Positions 46,393 to 58,900 of a stretch of 64,000 nt of DNA are shown here, one piece after another. Below the pieces are notes generated by a model. The model was not told the DNA's origin, did no database searches, and was given only the letters and a program-made list of their open reading frames with translations. The number at the start of each line of letters is the position of its first letter. The stretch's first letter is position 1. The position numbers and the translations under genes are program-made. This stretch comes from a virus. Its lineage: Duplodnaviria > Caudoviricetes. The stretch spans positions 1-64,000 of IMG/VR virus record IMGVR_UViG_3300020365_000010. The stretch is one strand, 5' to 3'.

Positions 46393-47988
46393 ATGACTGC
46401 AACCGCCAGTTATGACCAAGCCACAAACATCCTCACGGTGGCGGCAGATGGACTGCCCAACCCCGTGGGGTATGGCACGTTCCCGAATGACAATAATCCC
46501 AACTCAGTAACTGAGCAGGATTTTGATCACGACTTCTTTTATCGTGGCGGCACGTTTGGTATCAGTCGCACCTTTGATAGTAATGCATGGGTCCAAGATG
46601 GATTCATCAGATCTATTTCATTGTCATTGAATGACAATAGTTTGTTTGGCACTGATAACGAGATTCGTGTTGGTGACCATCTCATGTTTACCTTCAGTGA
46701 TGGTATCAAGAGAAAATTTGTTTATAAAGGCACCTCATTTACTTCAATTGAAGATGAGTGTTGGTTAGCATCTGATGATCGTCTTGACCTCATTATGAGG
46801 ACTCAAGAAGCAGGCACGACTGGCACCTATGAATACTATGATCAGAGAAATGCTCGCCTAGAGACACCTCTGGGTATGATTGGTGTTGCTGCTAATGGTG
46901 TAGCATTCTTTAATCCTAGTGCTGGTGGCGGTGGTCAACCTCCTATTGGATTTAATTGGAATGCACACTTTGACCCAGACATCGTAAACTTCGGTCCTGA
47001 TAATTGCGGTGGTCACCCTGAGCAGTCGGGACAATATCACTATCACGATAGTCACTTTATCGATTGCTGGAAGGCAAATTCAGCAATGGCAGGTTATAAC
47101 GACTATTACGGTAGCACACAGTTTAATGGTGACAACATCAGACACCCTGATGGTCACTCCAAAATGCTCGGCATTGCTTTTGATGGATTCCCTATCTACG
47201 GTCCTTTCAGTTATAACGACCCCTGGAATAATCTAAGTGGTGTCACAAATATGACCTCATCTTATGGTATTAAAGATAATGAGGCACCAGGGAGACCTGA
47301 GTATGGTAATGACTCCGACAACCCTCCTGCAGGGGCACTGATACAGGACTGGGAGTATGTAGAGGGCACGGGATCACTTGACTACCATAACGGTAGATTT
47401 TGTGTAACACCTGAGTTTCCTAATGGCACATATGCCTATTTTATTTCTACAGATGCATCTGATGCAGATGTCCCCACATTCCCATATTTGATGGGATTTA
47501 CACCCAGAGAAACTCTGGATACAACCTTCACTATTGAGACTGTAATCCCCGATCCTGGCGAGGGTGGTGGCGGTGGTGGTGGCGCTCCTGTGCTTCCTAC
47601 ATTGCAGTTTACTCTGCAACCTCAGAATGCAACCCAGAATGTTGGAGAGACTGCAACCTTTACAGTTGCTGCTCAGATCCTTCCAGAAAACGGACCTATC
47701 TCCTATCAGTGGTATCGATCTACTGATGGTGGATTTGCGTTTGCTGCAATCACTGGTGCAACAGGCACTAGCTATTCAGTGACCGCTTTGGCATATATGA
47801 CTGGTTACAAATACCGTTGTCGTATTAGAGGACCAGTCCCACAAAATAATGCAGAAAACTCACCTCTCGATTCTAACTCTGTCACTCTGACAGTTACTGG
47901 ATCTGGTGGTGGTGGAGATCTTGATAACCGCTTCGATAGCACTACTAGCACAATGGACTCCACAATCCAAACCTTCGACGGCACCTAA
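46393..47988 (+). CDS. YHYH-domain virion protein with C-terminal Ig-like domain
   Basis: IGVAANGV, CGGHP..GQYHYH, GHSKMLGIAFDGFPIYGP, LDYHNGRFCVTPEFPNGTYAYF; FTLQPQN..ATFTV..YQWY..YRCRI. Confidence 0.85.
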   Translation: MTATASYDQATNILTVAADGLPNPVGYGTFPNDNNPNSVTEQDFDHDFFYRGGTFGISRTFDSNAWVQDGFIRSISLSLNDNSLFGTDNEIRVGDHLMFTFSDGIKRKFVYKGTSFTSIEDECWLASDDRLDLIMRTQEAGTTGTYEYYDQRNARLETPLGMIGVAANGVAFFNPSAGGGGQPPIGFNWNAHFDPDIVNFGPDNCGGHPEQSGQYHYHDSHFIDCWKANSAMAGYNDYYGSTQFNGDNIRHPDGHSKMLGIAFDGFPIYGPFSYNDPWNNLSGVTNMTSSYGIKDNEAPGRPEYGNDSDNPPAGALIQDWEYVEGTGSLDYHNGRFCVTPEFPNGTYAYFISTDASDADVPTFPYLMGFTPRETLDTTFTIETVIPDPGEGGGGGGGAPVLPTLQFTLQPQNATQNVGETATFTVAAQILPENGPISYQWYRSTDGGFAFAAITGATGTSYSVTALAYMTGYKYRCRIRGPVPQNNAENSPLDSNSVTLTVTGSGGGGDLDNRFDSTTSTMDSTIQTFDGT

Positions 47989-47991
47989 ATA
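47985..47991 (+). promoter_or_regulatory. Late-promoter-like CTAAATA
   Basis: Overlaps the stop, upstream of ATG 48015. Confidence 0.55.
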
Positions 47992-48014
47992 ACACTGTAA
48001 AAGAGTAACCATCC

Positions 48015-49493
48015 ATGGCCAAGCAAAACCTTAGTATTGGTAACACCGCTAATGACGGATTGGGCGATAGTCTCCGTGATGGTGCTATCAAACTCAACAG
48101 CGTCATTGACGAAATCTATACCGCTCTTGGTAACGATACCAACCTCCAGGTAAACGTAGGGACTCCTGCAGATGGACAGGTATTGCGATGGAATGGATCC
48201 GCTTTTGCTGAAGCACACTATGATTCATTGACAGCGAATCTGAATGTCAAGACATTCCAAATCACATCAGAATCAAATGGTGATGTCGTAATTCAACCTA
48301 ACGGCACAGGTAAGATTAAGTTATGGGGTGGCGGCACTGGTGATGCTTTAACTTATATTGATGGCACCAGTGGTAAGTTGATGTATTCAAACCATGTGGA
48401 TGCCTTAACAGATCTGCCCGATGCTGCTACTCATCATGGCATGTTTATCCATGTCCATAATGAAGCACATGGTTACTTTGCACACTCTGGTGCTTGGACA
48501 CAACTCCTAGATACAGGATCATCCATCGGTGATATGGATGATGTTGACCTTACAGTTGGCGGTGGTCCTTCTGATGGTCAAGTCCTGAAGTGGAGCACAG
48601 CTAACAGCAAATGGGAGCCCGCTAATGACCTCAATGGTGGTGGCGGTGGTGGTGGCACCACACAAAACTTGTTTGAAACTATCAATGCGGATAGTGGATC
48701 AACAACTGCTTCAGCAGCAACTGATACTCTGACTATTGCTGGCGGCACAAATATTCAGACATCGATCACTGGAGATACAGTCACCATTAACATGAGTGGC
48801 ACTCTGGGAGATCCTGATCAAAATCTTTTCTCTGTAATTGGATCTGACAGTGGAAGTAAAACTGCGAATAGCACTGCTACTACTATTAACTTCGTTGGTG
48901 GCACTGGAGTTAGCACTGCTATCAATGGCGATAACCTCACTATTACAAACGACGCCCCTAACGTAGTCCAAGAAGTTTATCGCACAATCAGTGGCGATAC
49001 TGGATCTACTACAGCAGCACTGTCTACCTCAACGTTGAGCATTGTTGGTGATACTGGCGTATCCACAACTGTCACCTCAAACACGGTAACCATTGGTGTT
49101 ACAGGTCTTCTCCCCACAGCAAACTCCAACGAGGTGCTCATTTATGATTCAAATGATGGTTGGGTAACACAAGAATCTGCTGGTGTTGGTTTTGATATTG
49201 CAGGTGGCACGGTCAGTGGTTATGTGCTTACTGGTGGTGGTTACAACAATACCAGTGGTAACCCAACAATTTATGTCTATCGTGGATTTACATACAGATT
49301 CAATAACCTGACTGGCAGTGGACACCCATTTGCAATCCGTCAGTCTGCAGGTGGATCTGCAGTGACAGGCATTGCTGGATCACAAAATGGAATCCAGTAT
49401 TGGACAGTGCCAATGACACTGAGTGCTGGCACGACATATGTGTATCAATGCACTCTGCACTCTGGAATGGTCGGTAACATTGTAGTGGTCTAA
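48015..49493 (+). CDS. Baseplate-attached fibre with T4 gp9/gp10-type N-terminus and C-terminal cupredoxin-like domain
   Basis: MAKQNLSIGNTANDGLGDSLRDGAIKLNSVIDEIY; DGQVLRW/DGQVLKW fibre repeats; GHPF...YQCTLHSGMVG. Confidence 0.8.
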   Translation: MAKQNLSIGNTANDGLGDSLRDGAIKLNSVIDEIYTALGNDTNLQVNVGTPADGQVLRWNGSAFAEAHYDSLTANLNVKTFQITSESNGDVVIQPNGTGKIKLWGGGTGDALTYIDGTSGKLMYSNHVDALTDLPDAATHHGMFIHVHNEAHGYFAHSGAWTQLLDTGSSIGDMDDVDLTVGGGPSDGQVLKWSTANSKWEPANDLNGGGGGGGTTQNLFETINADSGSTTASAATDTLTIAGGTNIQTSITGDTVTINMSGTLGDPDQNLFSVIGSDSGSKTANSTATTINFVGGTGVSTAINGDNLTITNDAPNVVQEVYRTISGDTGSTTAALSTSTLSIVGDTGVSTTVTSNTVTIGVTGLLPTANSNEVLIYDSNDGWVTQESAGVGFDIAGGTVSGYVLTGGGYNNTSGNPTIYVYRGFTYRFNNLTGSGHPFAIRQSAGGSAVTGIAGSQNGIQYWTVPMTLSAGTTYVYQCTLHSGMVGNIVVV

Positions 49494-49496
49494 TAG

Positions 49497-51371
49497 ATGA
49501 CAAGGACAGTCCCTGGAAGTGGCGCAGTAATTAACCCTATCTTCAATAGTATTTTTGGAGTTAGGGAAGTTTACGTTGAGAATGGAGGATCTGGGTATGA
49601 CCCGAATGATCCCCCTAGACTCCGTATTACTAATAGTGGCACGCCAATTCGCGAAGCAGTCCTAAGACCAGTTATTGAAGGAGATAATGGCGAAATTACT
49701 GCTGTAGAAATCCTCGATCCTGGTGAGGGATACGATCCTCTTCGCTTAGAAATTACTGATGAGGGATCAGATGGTCATGCTACTGGTAACGTCTTCCTGA
49801 AAGAAGATGGATCTGGTGGCATTGACTTTATTCAGATCACTGTCCCAGGTGATGGTTATTTTGATACCTCTGCAGAGATCAAAGGTGGTGGTGGATCTGG
49901 ATCTCAGTTAGTCCCCGTTACAGGTCTCATCACAGGTCTGACTATTGAGAATCAAGGTCAGAATTATACAGAAGAAGATGTCAACATCGTTATCTCTGGT
50001 GGCGGTGGTCAAGGTGCTACTGGTGTTGCATCAGTTAACAGATTTGGTCGTGTTACCAGTGTCCAGTTAACAAATCAAGGTGAATTCTTTGAGACACCTC
50101 CTCTGATTCAAATTATTGGTGGTGGTGGATCTGGTGCTACTGCTGAAGCATTTATTGATCTTGGTGTTATTACAAACATTGATCTGCTATCTGGTGGTGG
50201 AGGATATGTAAATGATCCTCAAGTCATCTTTACCAGAGATACTGATCTTGTTAGAGAAGCAAGAAACAGACAATCACTCAACTCTGTCCTGTATAACCTG
50301 ACAGGTCTATTGACTAATGTTTCTGCTAATGCAGAAACAATTAACGTTGAGACTACTGATGCATATCCAGGATCTGGAAAACTGCTGATTGGTAGAGAGG
50401 TTATTCGTTATACAGGCAAAACTTCTACTTCTTTCACTGGTTGTGATAGGGGTGTCAATTTCAGATTTGACCAAAAAGTTATCCTCGATGGACTTCAGGA
50501 TGATCCCAATACAGGTCTTACTAACTATCAATTCCAGGTTACTGACAAAGTTAGACGTGTTGTAGAAAACTCTAACAACCGAGTTGCAGTTGTTTATGAC
50601 TGGATTAGAGATGAAAGAGCACTGTATGTAACCTTTGAGATTGACGAGCTAGCATTTATTGATGCAGGTAGATCAGGTGAGAAAGCAAAGATTGTGGCAT
50701 TCGTTGCTGGATCTGCAGCATCATCAGGGACAGGTCAAGAACCTCACACATTGATTGAGGTAGAGGGCGAGGATATTGTTGCATTTACAAGTCCACTGTC
50801 GTTGATTCTCAATCGTCGATTTGAAGACGACGATGAGTCATATACTGATGAGAATGATGTTGTCCAGTATGGCGATGGCATTCCCGACTTGATTAACACC
50901 GCCACGGAATTTGAAAATCAAATCAATCTTGACGGTGGTATTGCATCATCTAAATATGGTATTGAGGAGACTATTGGTGGTCAAAACACCACTCTCTTCC
51001 AAGTGGGTGATCAGGTATATGACGGTAGTCCTCAACAGTTGGTTGCAACTATTCAGACTGCAGGTTTGCTTGGTGACGGTGAAGCACACCAGTCAACAGG
51101 TAGTATTGTTATCGAATATATCAATAACCTGATTAGTTTCCAACCTGGAGAAACAATTCAAGGTTTGACAAGTGGTATTACAGCAACTCTAGTTGCTTCC
51201 ACCACAGGACCAAAGACAGGTCAATTTACACTGTCAATTTCTGACATCGTTGATAACGATCCTACATATAAGTGGGCAGTCGGTGAAACTCTGCAGGGTA
51301 GTCTCAGCTCTGCAACTGCAACGATTAAGACTGTTGAATATACAAAGTATGTAAGAAACGAGGACGAATAA
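49497..51371 (+). CDS. Putative baseplate structural protein (GGxGY repeats)
   Basis: 624 aa; GGSGY, PGEGY, GGGGY repeats; F-x-x-GE-x-I-x-G-x-x-SG-x-TA modules. Confidence 0.78.
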   Translation: MTRTVPGSGAVINPIFNSIFGVREVYVENGGSGYDPNDPPRLRITNSGTPIREAVLRPVIEGDNGEITAVEILDPGEGYDPLRLEITDEGSDGHATGNVFLKEDGSGGIDFIQITVPGDGYFDTSAEIKGGGGSGSQLVPVTGLITGLTIENQGQNYTEEDVNIVISGGGGQGATGVASVNRFGRVTSVQLTNQGEFFETPPLIQIIGGGGSGATAEAFIDLGVITNIDLLSGGGGYVNDPQVIFTRDTDLVREARNRQSLNSVLYNLTGLLTNVSANAETINVETTDAYPGSGKLLIGREVIRYTGKTSTSFTGCDRGVNFRFDQKVILDGLQDDPNTGLTNYQFQVTDKVRRVVENSNNRVAVVYDWIRDERALYVTFEIDELAFIDAGRSGEKAKIVAFVAGSAASSGTGQEPHTLIEVEGEDIVAFTSPLSLILNRRFEDDDESYTDENDVVQYGDGIPDLINTATEFENQINLDGGIASSKYGIEETIGGQNTTLFQVGDQVYDGSPQQLVATIQTAGLLGDGEAHQSTGSIVIEYINNLISFQPGETIQGLTSGITATLVASTTGPKTGQFTLSISDIVDNDPTYKWAVGETLQGSLSSATATIKTVEYTKYVRNEDE

Positions 51372-51375
51372 GTCC

Positions 51376-51383
51376 CATAAATA
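51376..51383 (+). promoter_or_regulatory. T4-type late promoter
   Basis: CATAAATA in the gap upstream of gp8. Confidence 0.65.
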
Positions 51384-51405
51384 AAAAGAAGGCAATTTCC
51401 TTAAA

Positions 51406-52941
51406 ATGGCGCTACTTACCGACCAGTTTAGAATCTTTACTGCCGAAAGGTTTAGAAAGTCTTTGGAGGGTCCCGACCCTACTCAGTCCGACCTTGATGC
51501 TGGTAGTGATAGAGATCGACTGTATGTTTTCATCGGTCGTCCTCAGGCATGGGACAATGAGAATGCACCCCCAGACCCCGTGGATTCATTCCAGGAGTTT
51601 GCGGATGACTATTCCGATATGATCTCCATGAAGAGGGTGCTGGCGAATGATACTATTCAGGTTATTAGACGCACCGACTGGATTCCTCCTGAGCAAACCA
51701 CTGGTGGCTTGGGTTATGTTTATGACATGTATCGTCATGACTATAGCTCAACTAAGACCGCATCTTCTGGTGCTACCAAACTTTATGATGCAGACTTTTA
51801 CGTTGTTAACTCATCGTATCAGGTATATAAGTGCATTTATAACGGAACATCCCCTAGTGATCCTAACGGTAAGCCTTCTACTGTTGAGCCTACGGGTACT
51901 TCAACTTCTATTATTACCACTGCTGACGGTTATCGTTGGAAGTATATGTATACGATCCCTGTGGGTCAGGTGCTGAAATTCTTCTCCAATGAATACATGC
52001 CTGTGCTGAGTGACACCGCTGTGGTGTCTGACGCAATCGGTGGTGAGATCGATACTGTTATTATCGCATCCTCTGGTGCTGGTTATAACAACGGCACTTA
52101 TGAAAACGTGCCCATCAAAGGCGATGGCGTTGGTGGTCGTGTTTCTCTGGTTGTTGACGGTGGTCGAATTGTCTCGGCAACAGTGACTTCGGGTGGTAGC
52201 GGTTACACCTTCGGTAAGGTGGTGATCGATGAGGTCAACGGTATCGGTGCTGGCACAGGCACAGGTGGTAACGTTGAAGTGGTTGTGCCTCCTACTAAGG
52301 GTCACGGTGCAGATCCTGCTACCGAGCTTGGTGGTTTCCGAGTCATGATCAACACCAAGTTTACCTACGCTGAAGGTAGTGGTGACTTCCCAACTGATAA
52401 CGACTACCGTCGTATCGGTCTTGTCATCAACCCTAACAAGTATGGCACGCAAGAATTGACTGCTGATCTTACGTTGTCTGCAACGAAAGCAGTTATCTTT
52501 GCACCTTCCTTTACTGGTAACTTCCAGACTGACGAAATTATCACACAGTCTCGCACAATTGGTGGTCAGCAAGTGACTGCTCGTGGTCGTGTGATTTCCT
52601 GGAATAGCACCACAAAGGTCCTTAAGTATTACCAGAATAGGATTGATGGTATCTTCCCAGAATTTACTGGTAACTTGATTGAGTTTGAAGGTGGTAACCC
52701 TGTGGTGGGTGCTACATCAGGTGCGTCCGCTGACCCTGATATCAACTTCCCCATCGTTTCTGGTGCGTCAACTCGTATCATCAACAACACTGAATATGAC
52801 CTTGGTATGGCGTTTACCAACGGTTATGCAAAACCTGAGGTCCAACCTAACAGTGGAGAAGTTATCTACATAGATAACAGAGGCGCGATTACTCGTGCTG
52901 GAGACCAAATCGAAGACATCAAAATCGTAATCGAGTTCTAA
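51406..52941 (+). CDS. gp8: Baseplate wedge subunit gp8
   Basis: LYVFIGRPQAW, YDMYRHDY, FYVVNSSYQVYKCIYN, ADGYRWKYMYTI, SGEVIYIDNR..EDIKIVIEF. Confidence 0.92.
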   Translation: MALLTDQFRIFTAERFRKSLEGPDPTQSDLDAGSDRDRLYVFIGRPQAWDNENAPPDPVDSFQEFADDYSDMISMKRVLANDTIQVIRRTDWIPPEQTTGGLGYVYDMYRHDYSSTKTASSGATKLYDADFYVVNSSYQVYKCIYNGTSPSDPNGKPSTVEPTGTSTSIITTADGYRWKYMYTIPVGQVLKFFSNEYMPVLSDTAVVSDAIGGEIDTVIIASSGAGYNNGTYENVPIKGDGVGGRVSLVVDGGRIVSATVTSGGSGYTFGKVVIDEVNGIGAGTGTGGNVEVVVPPTKGHGADPATELGGFRVMINTKFTYAEGSGDFPTDNDYRRIGLVINPNKYGTQELTADLTLSATKAVIFAPSFTGNFQTDEIITQSRTIGGQQVTARGRVISWNSTTKVLKYYQNRIDGIFPEFTGNLIEFEGGNPVVGATSGASADPDINFPIVSGASTRIINNTEYDLGMAFTNGYAKPEVQPNSGEVIYIDNRGAITRAGDQIEDIKIVIEF

Positions 52942-52942
52942 G

Positions 52943-55900
52943 ATGCCCCAGAATACTAACCTTAACATCTCTCCTTATTTCGACGATTTCGATAAGGATA
53001 AGAACTTCTACCGAGTGCTATTCAGACCTGGGTATCCTATTCAGGCGCGTGAGATTACGACACTGCAGTCTATCCTGCAGAATCAGATTGAGTCGATTGG
53101 TCAGCACTTCTTCAAAGAAGGTGCAATGGTCATCCCTGGTCAGGTCGGTTATGACTTGAATGTCCAGGCGGTTATCCTGCAACAATCCTTCTTGGGTGTC
53201 GATGTCGAAACTTACAGGACTCAACTTCAGGGGCAAATCATTGAGGGTCTGACGACAGGTATTAAGGCAAAGGTCCTTTACTCCATTCCCGCTGCAGAAT
53301 CTGAGCGTGGTTATGTCACTCTATACGTTAAGTATATTGAGTCTGGTGATACTGTTTCCGAAGCATCTATCACTACCTTCCAAGCTAACGAGCAGTTGAT
53401 TGCTGAGAATGAAATTACTTTCGGCACAACGCTGATTGAAGTTGGATCTCCTTTTGGTCAGTTGCTGCCTGTTGAATCAACTTCTGTTGCTTCGACTGCA
53501 TACATCAATGCTGGTGTTTACTTCATTAGAGGGCACTTTGTTGATGTCCCCTCCATGTATCTGATCCTGGAGCAATATGATAACAATCCTTCCTATCGTG
53601 TTGGTCTGGAAGTTAGTGAATCTATTGTTACTCCAGAAGACGATCCATCACTGAATGATAACGCAGCAGGCACATCTAACTATGCTGCACCTGGATCTCA
53701 CAGATTCAGAATCAGGACTCAACTCGTTAAGAAACCAATTAACGACGAGACTGATAAAAACTTCATCGAATTGCTGCGTATCAACAATAGTAAGGTTGAG
53801 CAATTCGTTACTGCAACTGCATACTCCGAGCTGGAGAGATCTCTGGCACGTCGCACCTATGAAGAGTCTGGAGACTATGTTGTAGATACCTTCACCATTA
53901 AGGCAAGAGAGTGTCTGGATGATGGTTTCAACAATGGTGTGTATCGTCCTGGTGAGACCACCGCTCAAGGTAACATTGCATCAGATGAGCTGATTACATA
54001 TGAGATCTCTCCTGGTAGAGCATATGTAAGAGGATACAGGACAGAATTCCTGGTGCCTCAGTATATTGATGCACCTAAACCTCGTGACTATGAAGGCGTC
54101 CAAAACGGTATTATCTCATTCCGTTTGGGTAACTTCGTTAAAGTATACGATGTATATGGATGGCCAGATCTGACTGGTGAGGGTGTTACCTCAGCATACC
54201 AGACTCTGGAAATGTACGATGACTGGACTCTGAATTCTGCTAACACTACAACTGGCAGAATGATTGGTCGTTGTCGTGCAGTCCAAATTCAAAAGGACAC
54301 AGACACTACTTATGATCTGTGGATCTTTGATGCTCAGATGTTTACTGCTATCAACTTTGCTGCAGGTAACAACTCTGTGACTGTTGGTGACGTGCTGAAA
54401 GGTCGCACCTCCAATGCTCGTGGTTTCGTTGCTGACGCTGGTAGTGGCAACTGGTGTCAACTGGAGCAAGTCTCTGGCACCTTTGTGAATGGTGAGGTTA
54501 TTGAAAGAGATGGTCGTGTTATCGGCACTCTGGAAGCAGCACATACATTCAACCTGACTGATACTAGATCCTGCTATGGCAGAAATAGCACTAACCAAAT
54601 TACATTTGGTGCTAACTGGTTGCTGAATGACCAGGCGGAGATTGAAGCATCTACAGTAACTATTGATTCTGGTAATAACCAGATCGAAGGTTTCCGCACC
54701 AAGTTTGTGCAAGACCTGCGTCCTGGTGACGTTGTGACTGCAACTAACTCCACTTCAGAAGGTGAGAATTCTATCAGAATTGAGAGAGTTGATCCTCAGT
54801 ATATTAAGACCATTACAGGTAATGCTTATACTGGAGCATCTAATGTCATCTTCAATGATCTAGATCAAACTGTCAGAATTGATAATAGTCTTGCCAAGGG
54901 CACTGTCCCTAACGGTGAATATGGCACTTTGGTGAGAATGCGTCCTTTCGTATTCCAGAAAGACTACCAGAATGGTGAGCTCACGATTGATACTCCTCGT
55001 ATTTCGATGAGATCGATCTCTGACGAATCATTCTTTGTCTTCCGCACCTTCAACAACAAGACTGTGGTGTCTGGTGGTGTTACTGTTTCACTGCCTGAAT
55101 CCGAGCAGTTTGCATCTCTCGATGATGAAAACTATATGCTCACTATCTTGGGTGAGTCTGGATCTGCATATAGCGTGGGTCAAAACCTCAACATCGATGC
55201 TCTGAATGATGCAGGCACACTGACAGTTACCTTCGGTGCTGATCGTCAGTCTGTGACCATTGATGGTCTGACTGGTGTCAATACTGTCAAACTGACAGCA
55301 CTGATCTCCAAGAATATCGTCTCGAAGAAGATTAAAACCGCCGCTAAGATGCGTGCGATGAAGGTCATCAGGACTCGTAACAATAACGACCAACAGAAGT
55401 ATGGTCTTGCTTACGGTAACCTGTATGGCACCAGAATCGAAGACGAAGAGATTTCGTTTGCATTGAATGATGTTTACAAAATCCACGCTGTATACGAGTC
55501 TGAAAATGACAACGATGCAGAGCCCCCTTACCTCACTCTTACTGAATCTACCTTCTTCGACAACGGCTCTGTTGTTGTGGGTCGCACCTCAGGTGCTAGG
55601 GGACGTGTAATTCAGTTTATCAACAGCACACTCCGTCTCTACGTCGTCCAACTCAACGAAGTCCCATTCCTCCCTGGTGAGACTATCGATGGTGTTGATG
55701 ACGATAACACTCCTCTGACTGCTATCATCGATGACGCTGAAGGATCAGTGTTTAAGGGTAGTAAGGTTGTCACAACTCAGTATGAGTTGGAGCCTGGTCA
55801 GAAAGCACACTTCTATGATGTGTGTAAGATGCTGAGACTGCCTCAGTATACTCCTCCGATCCGCAAACTGCTGGTAATCTTTGACTACTTTGTCCATGAA

Positions 55901-58900
55901 TCATCGGGCGATTACTTTGCATCTCAGTCCTATACAGGTATTGGTTACAAAGAGATTCCCAAGTATAAACTGGACGGATCGATTAACTTCCTGAAAGACC
56001 AGATTGACTTCCGTCCTGGTGTTGGTGAGTTGGCATCTGGTGCTGGCACCATCACTAACGAATTCTATGTGAATTGTGCTTCACTTGACTTCGGTGCTCG
56101 TCAGTTTGATACCTCTGGTGGCTCTGGTGGATCTACCATCTTTGATATTCCTAAGGTGGCAACTGAGATCCGCATGGACTACACCTACTATCTGCCTCGT
56201 GCAGACAAGATCTTCCTGACTCATGAAAATGAGTTGAGAATCGCAAGAGGTGTATCTTCTGAGGATCAACCACCCCCAGACAATATCCAAAACGCAATGC
56301 TCTTGGCACAGCTTGAGTGTCGTGCATATGTGTATGACGTTGAGCGTGATGTCCTGATCTATCCTGAGATCATCCGTCGCTATACCATGAAGGATATTGG
56401 CGATCTGGAGACCAGACTGTCACACGTTGAGTATTACACCTCACTGTCCCTGCTGGAGACACAGGCAGAGAATACTAAGACATACGATGACAATGGTTTC
56501 GACCGTCTGAAGAATGGTTACGTTGTAGATGACTTCACTGATCACACTATCGGTGACGTGCTCAACGTTGATTACAAGTGCTCAATGGACTTCAAAGAGG
56601 GTCACCTCCGTCCTGCACACTATACAACTAACGTCCCTCTGCAACTGAATGCACCTTCGTCTTCTAACGTTGTAAGGACAACTGGCAACATGGTGCTGCT
56701 GCCTTATGAAGATCTGGCAATCGTCACCCAACCATATGCTTCTAGGACAGAGAATGTAAACCCATTCAACGTGTTTACTTTCATTGGTCGTATTGACCTG
56801 ACTCCTGCATCTGACGACTGGGTTGATATTAAGCGTCTGCCTGCTCGTGTTGAAAACGTTGAAGGTGACTTCTCTGCTGTTGCTAGAGACCTTCAGATTG
56901 ACCAGAATGGTTTTGCTCCCATCCAGTGGGGTGGTTGGCGCACAAACTGGACTGGTGAGTCCTTGGTATCTACCACACAATTCAGAAACAGATCTGGTAG
57001 TTTCGCTGCTGGTGGTCGTCGTCTGGGTCGTCTGGGTCACGGTCAGGGTCGTCAGCCCATCTTTGTCCACGAGAGACGCACATGGCGTGTTGTTAACAAC
57101 CAGGCACGTCAAGGTATCAGGACTCGTGTTACTCCCAAGATTGATCGTAAGTCACTTGGTGATAGCGTCCTGTCACAAACAGCAATCCCCTGGATTAGAT
57201 CTCGTAACGTGTCCTTTAACGTGGACCGTATGAAGCCTCGCACAAGAATCTATGCATTCTTCGATGGCGTCAACGTTACTGGTTATATCACACCTAAAGT
57301 TATCGAGTTGGTCAAGTCTTCGACTGCTGATCCTCGCTCTAATGAAACTCCTTTCGTTGAGGGTGAGACTGTTGTCGGTCAAAACTCTGGTTGCCGCTTT
57401 AAGGTTGCCCCTGCAAATGATGCATATAAGACCGACCCTTACGGTGTTGGTGAAGCAACTCTTGCAGAGTCCTATGCATCTACTACACCATTCCTCAATA
57501 TCGACACCCAAGTGTTGGCAGAAACTGTCAACCCCAATTTCTTTGGTAACTTCCAAACTGGTGAGGTGTTGATTGGTCAGACCTCTGGTGCTCGTGCAGT
57601 TGTGAAGGATCGTCGTCTCCTGACTGACAACATCGGTAACTTCCGTGGATCCTTCTTTATTCCTAACCCTGGTAACGACTCCAACCCCCGTTGGGCAACT
57701 GGCACCAGGACCTTTAGATTCACTACATCACCCACTAATAGTAGAGCAAATGATGAGGTGACCTCATCTGCAGATACTACTTACAGTGCAACTGGCACCC
57801 TGAGGACTGTCAGAGAGAATATCCTGGCAATCCGTAATGCTGAGATTGTAAGAGACACTGTTAATGATGCTCGCACGGTTATCACGACCAGGACTGAAAC
57901 ACGTCAGATTGGTTGGTATGACCCCCTGGCACAATCCTTTATTGTTGACGAGGAAGGTGGTGTATTCCTGACTGGTATTGATATCTTCTTCAAGACTAAG
58001 GATGCCAACATTCCTATCTCGATGCAGATCAGGACCATGGAGAATGGTTATCCTACCAAGGACATCCTGCCCTTCTCTGATACCACTATCGATCCCGATC
58101 AGGTAGAGCTGTCTGATAACGCAGCAGTGCCTACCAGATTCACCTTCAGATCACCTGTTTATATCAAGCAGTCTACTGAATACTGCTTCGTGCTTCTGTC
58201 AGACTCCAACGAATATAACGTTTGGATCTCCAGAATGGGTGACATCGATGTCTCTGGCACAAGGACGATCTCTGAGCAACCTTACGCTGGTGTGCTCTTC
58301 AAGTCACAAAACGCATCTACCTGGACTGCTGACCAGTATGAGGATTGTAAGTTTACAATCTATCGTGCGGAATTTACAGCAAGTCTTGGCACTGCAATCT
58401 TTAATAATGCAGACCTGGGTAAAGGTAACGGTGGTATTCACAACCTGATTGAGAATCCTATTCTCACCATCAAACCCAAGCAAACTCTGTTGCTGCCTGC
58501 AGGTCAGAATTATAACTTCACTATCGGTGCAAGAGTGTTGCAGTCACCTTCAGGTGCAAGCGGCACGATTACTGAGTTTGATGCAGTTTCTGATCCCGAG
58601 CGTGTCACTATTACCGATATTGACGGTCAATTCTCAGCAGGTTTCCTTGATGCTAATGGAGTGCCTTTCCAAGGTCTCGCATCATCTCAGTCTGTTGGCA
58701 CATTTGTCTTGTCGGCAATTTACAACGGCACATTTGAAGTTGGAGATACTGTAACTGGATCTACTTCTGGATCAACAGGCACAGTTACTTCTTATGATTC
58801 AGGCACCAATACCCTGCTTCTTAACTATCTGTCATATGAATTTGATGCATCAGATACCCTGACAAATGCTAGTGGCACATCGGCAACGATTACCTCTATC

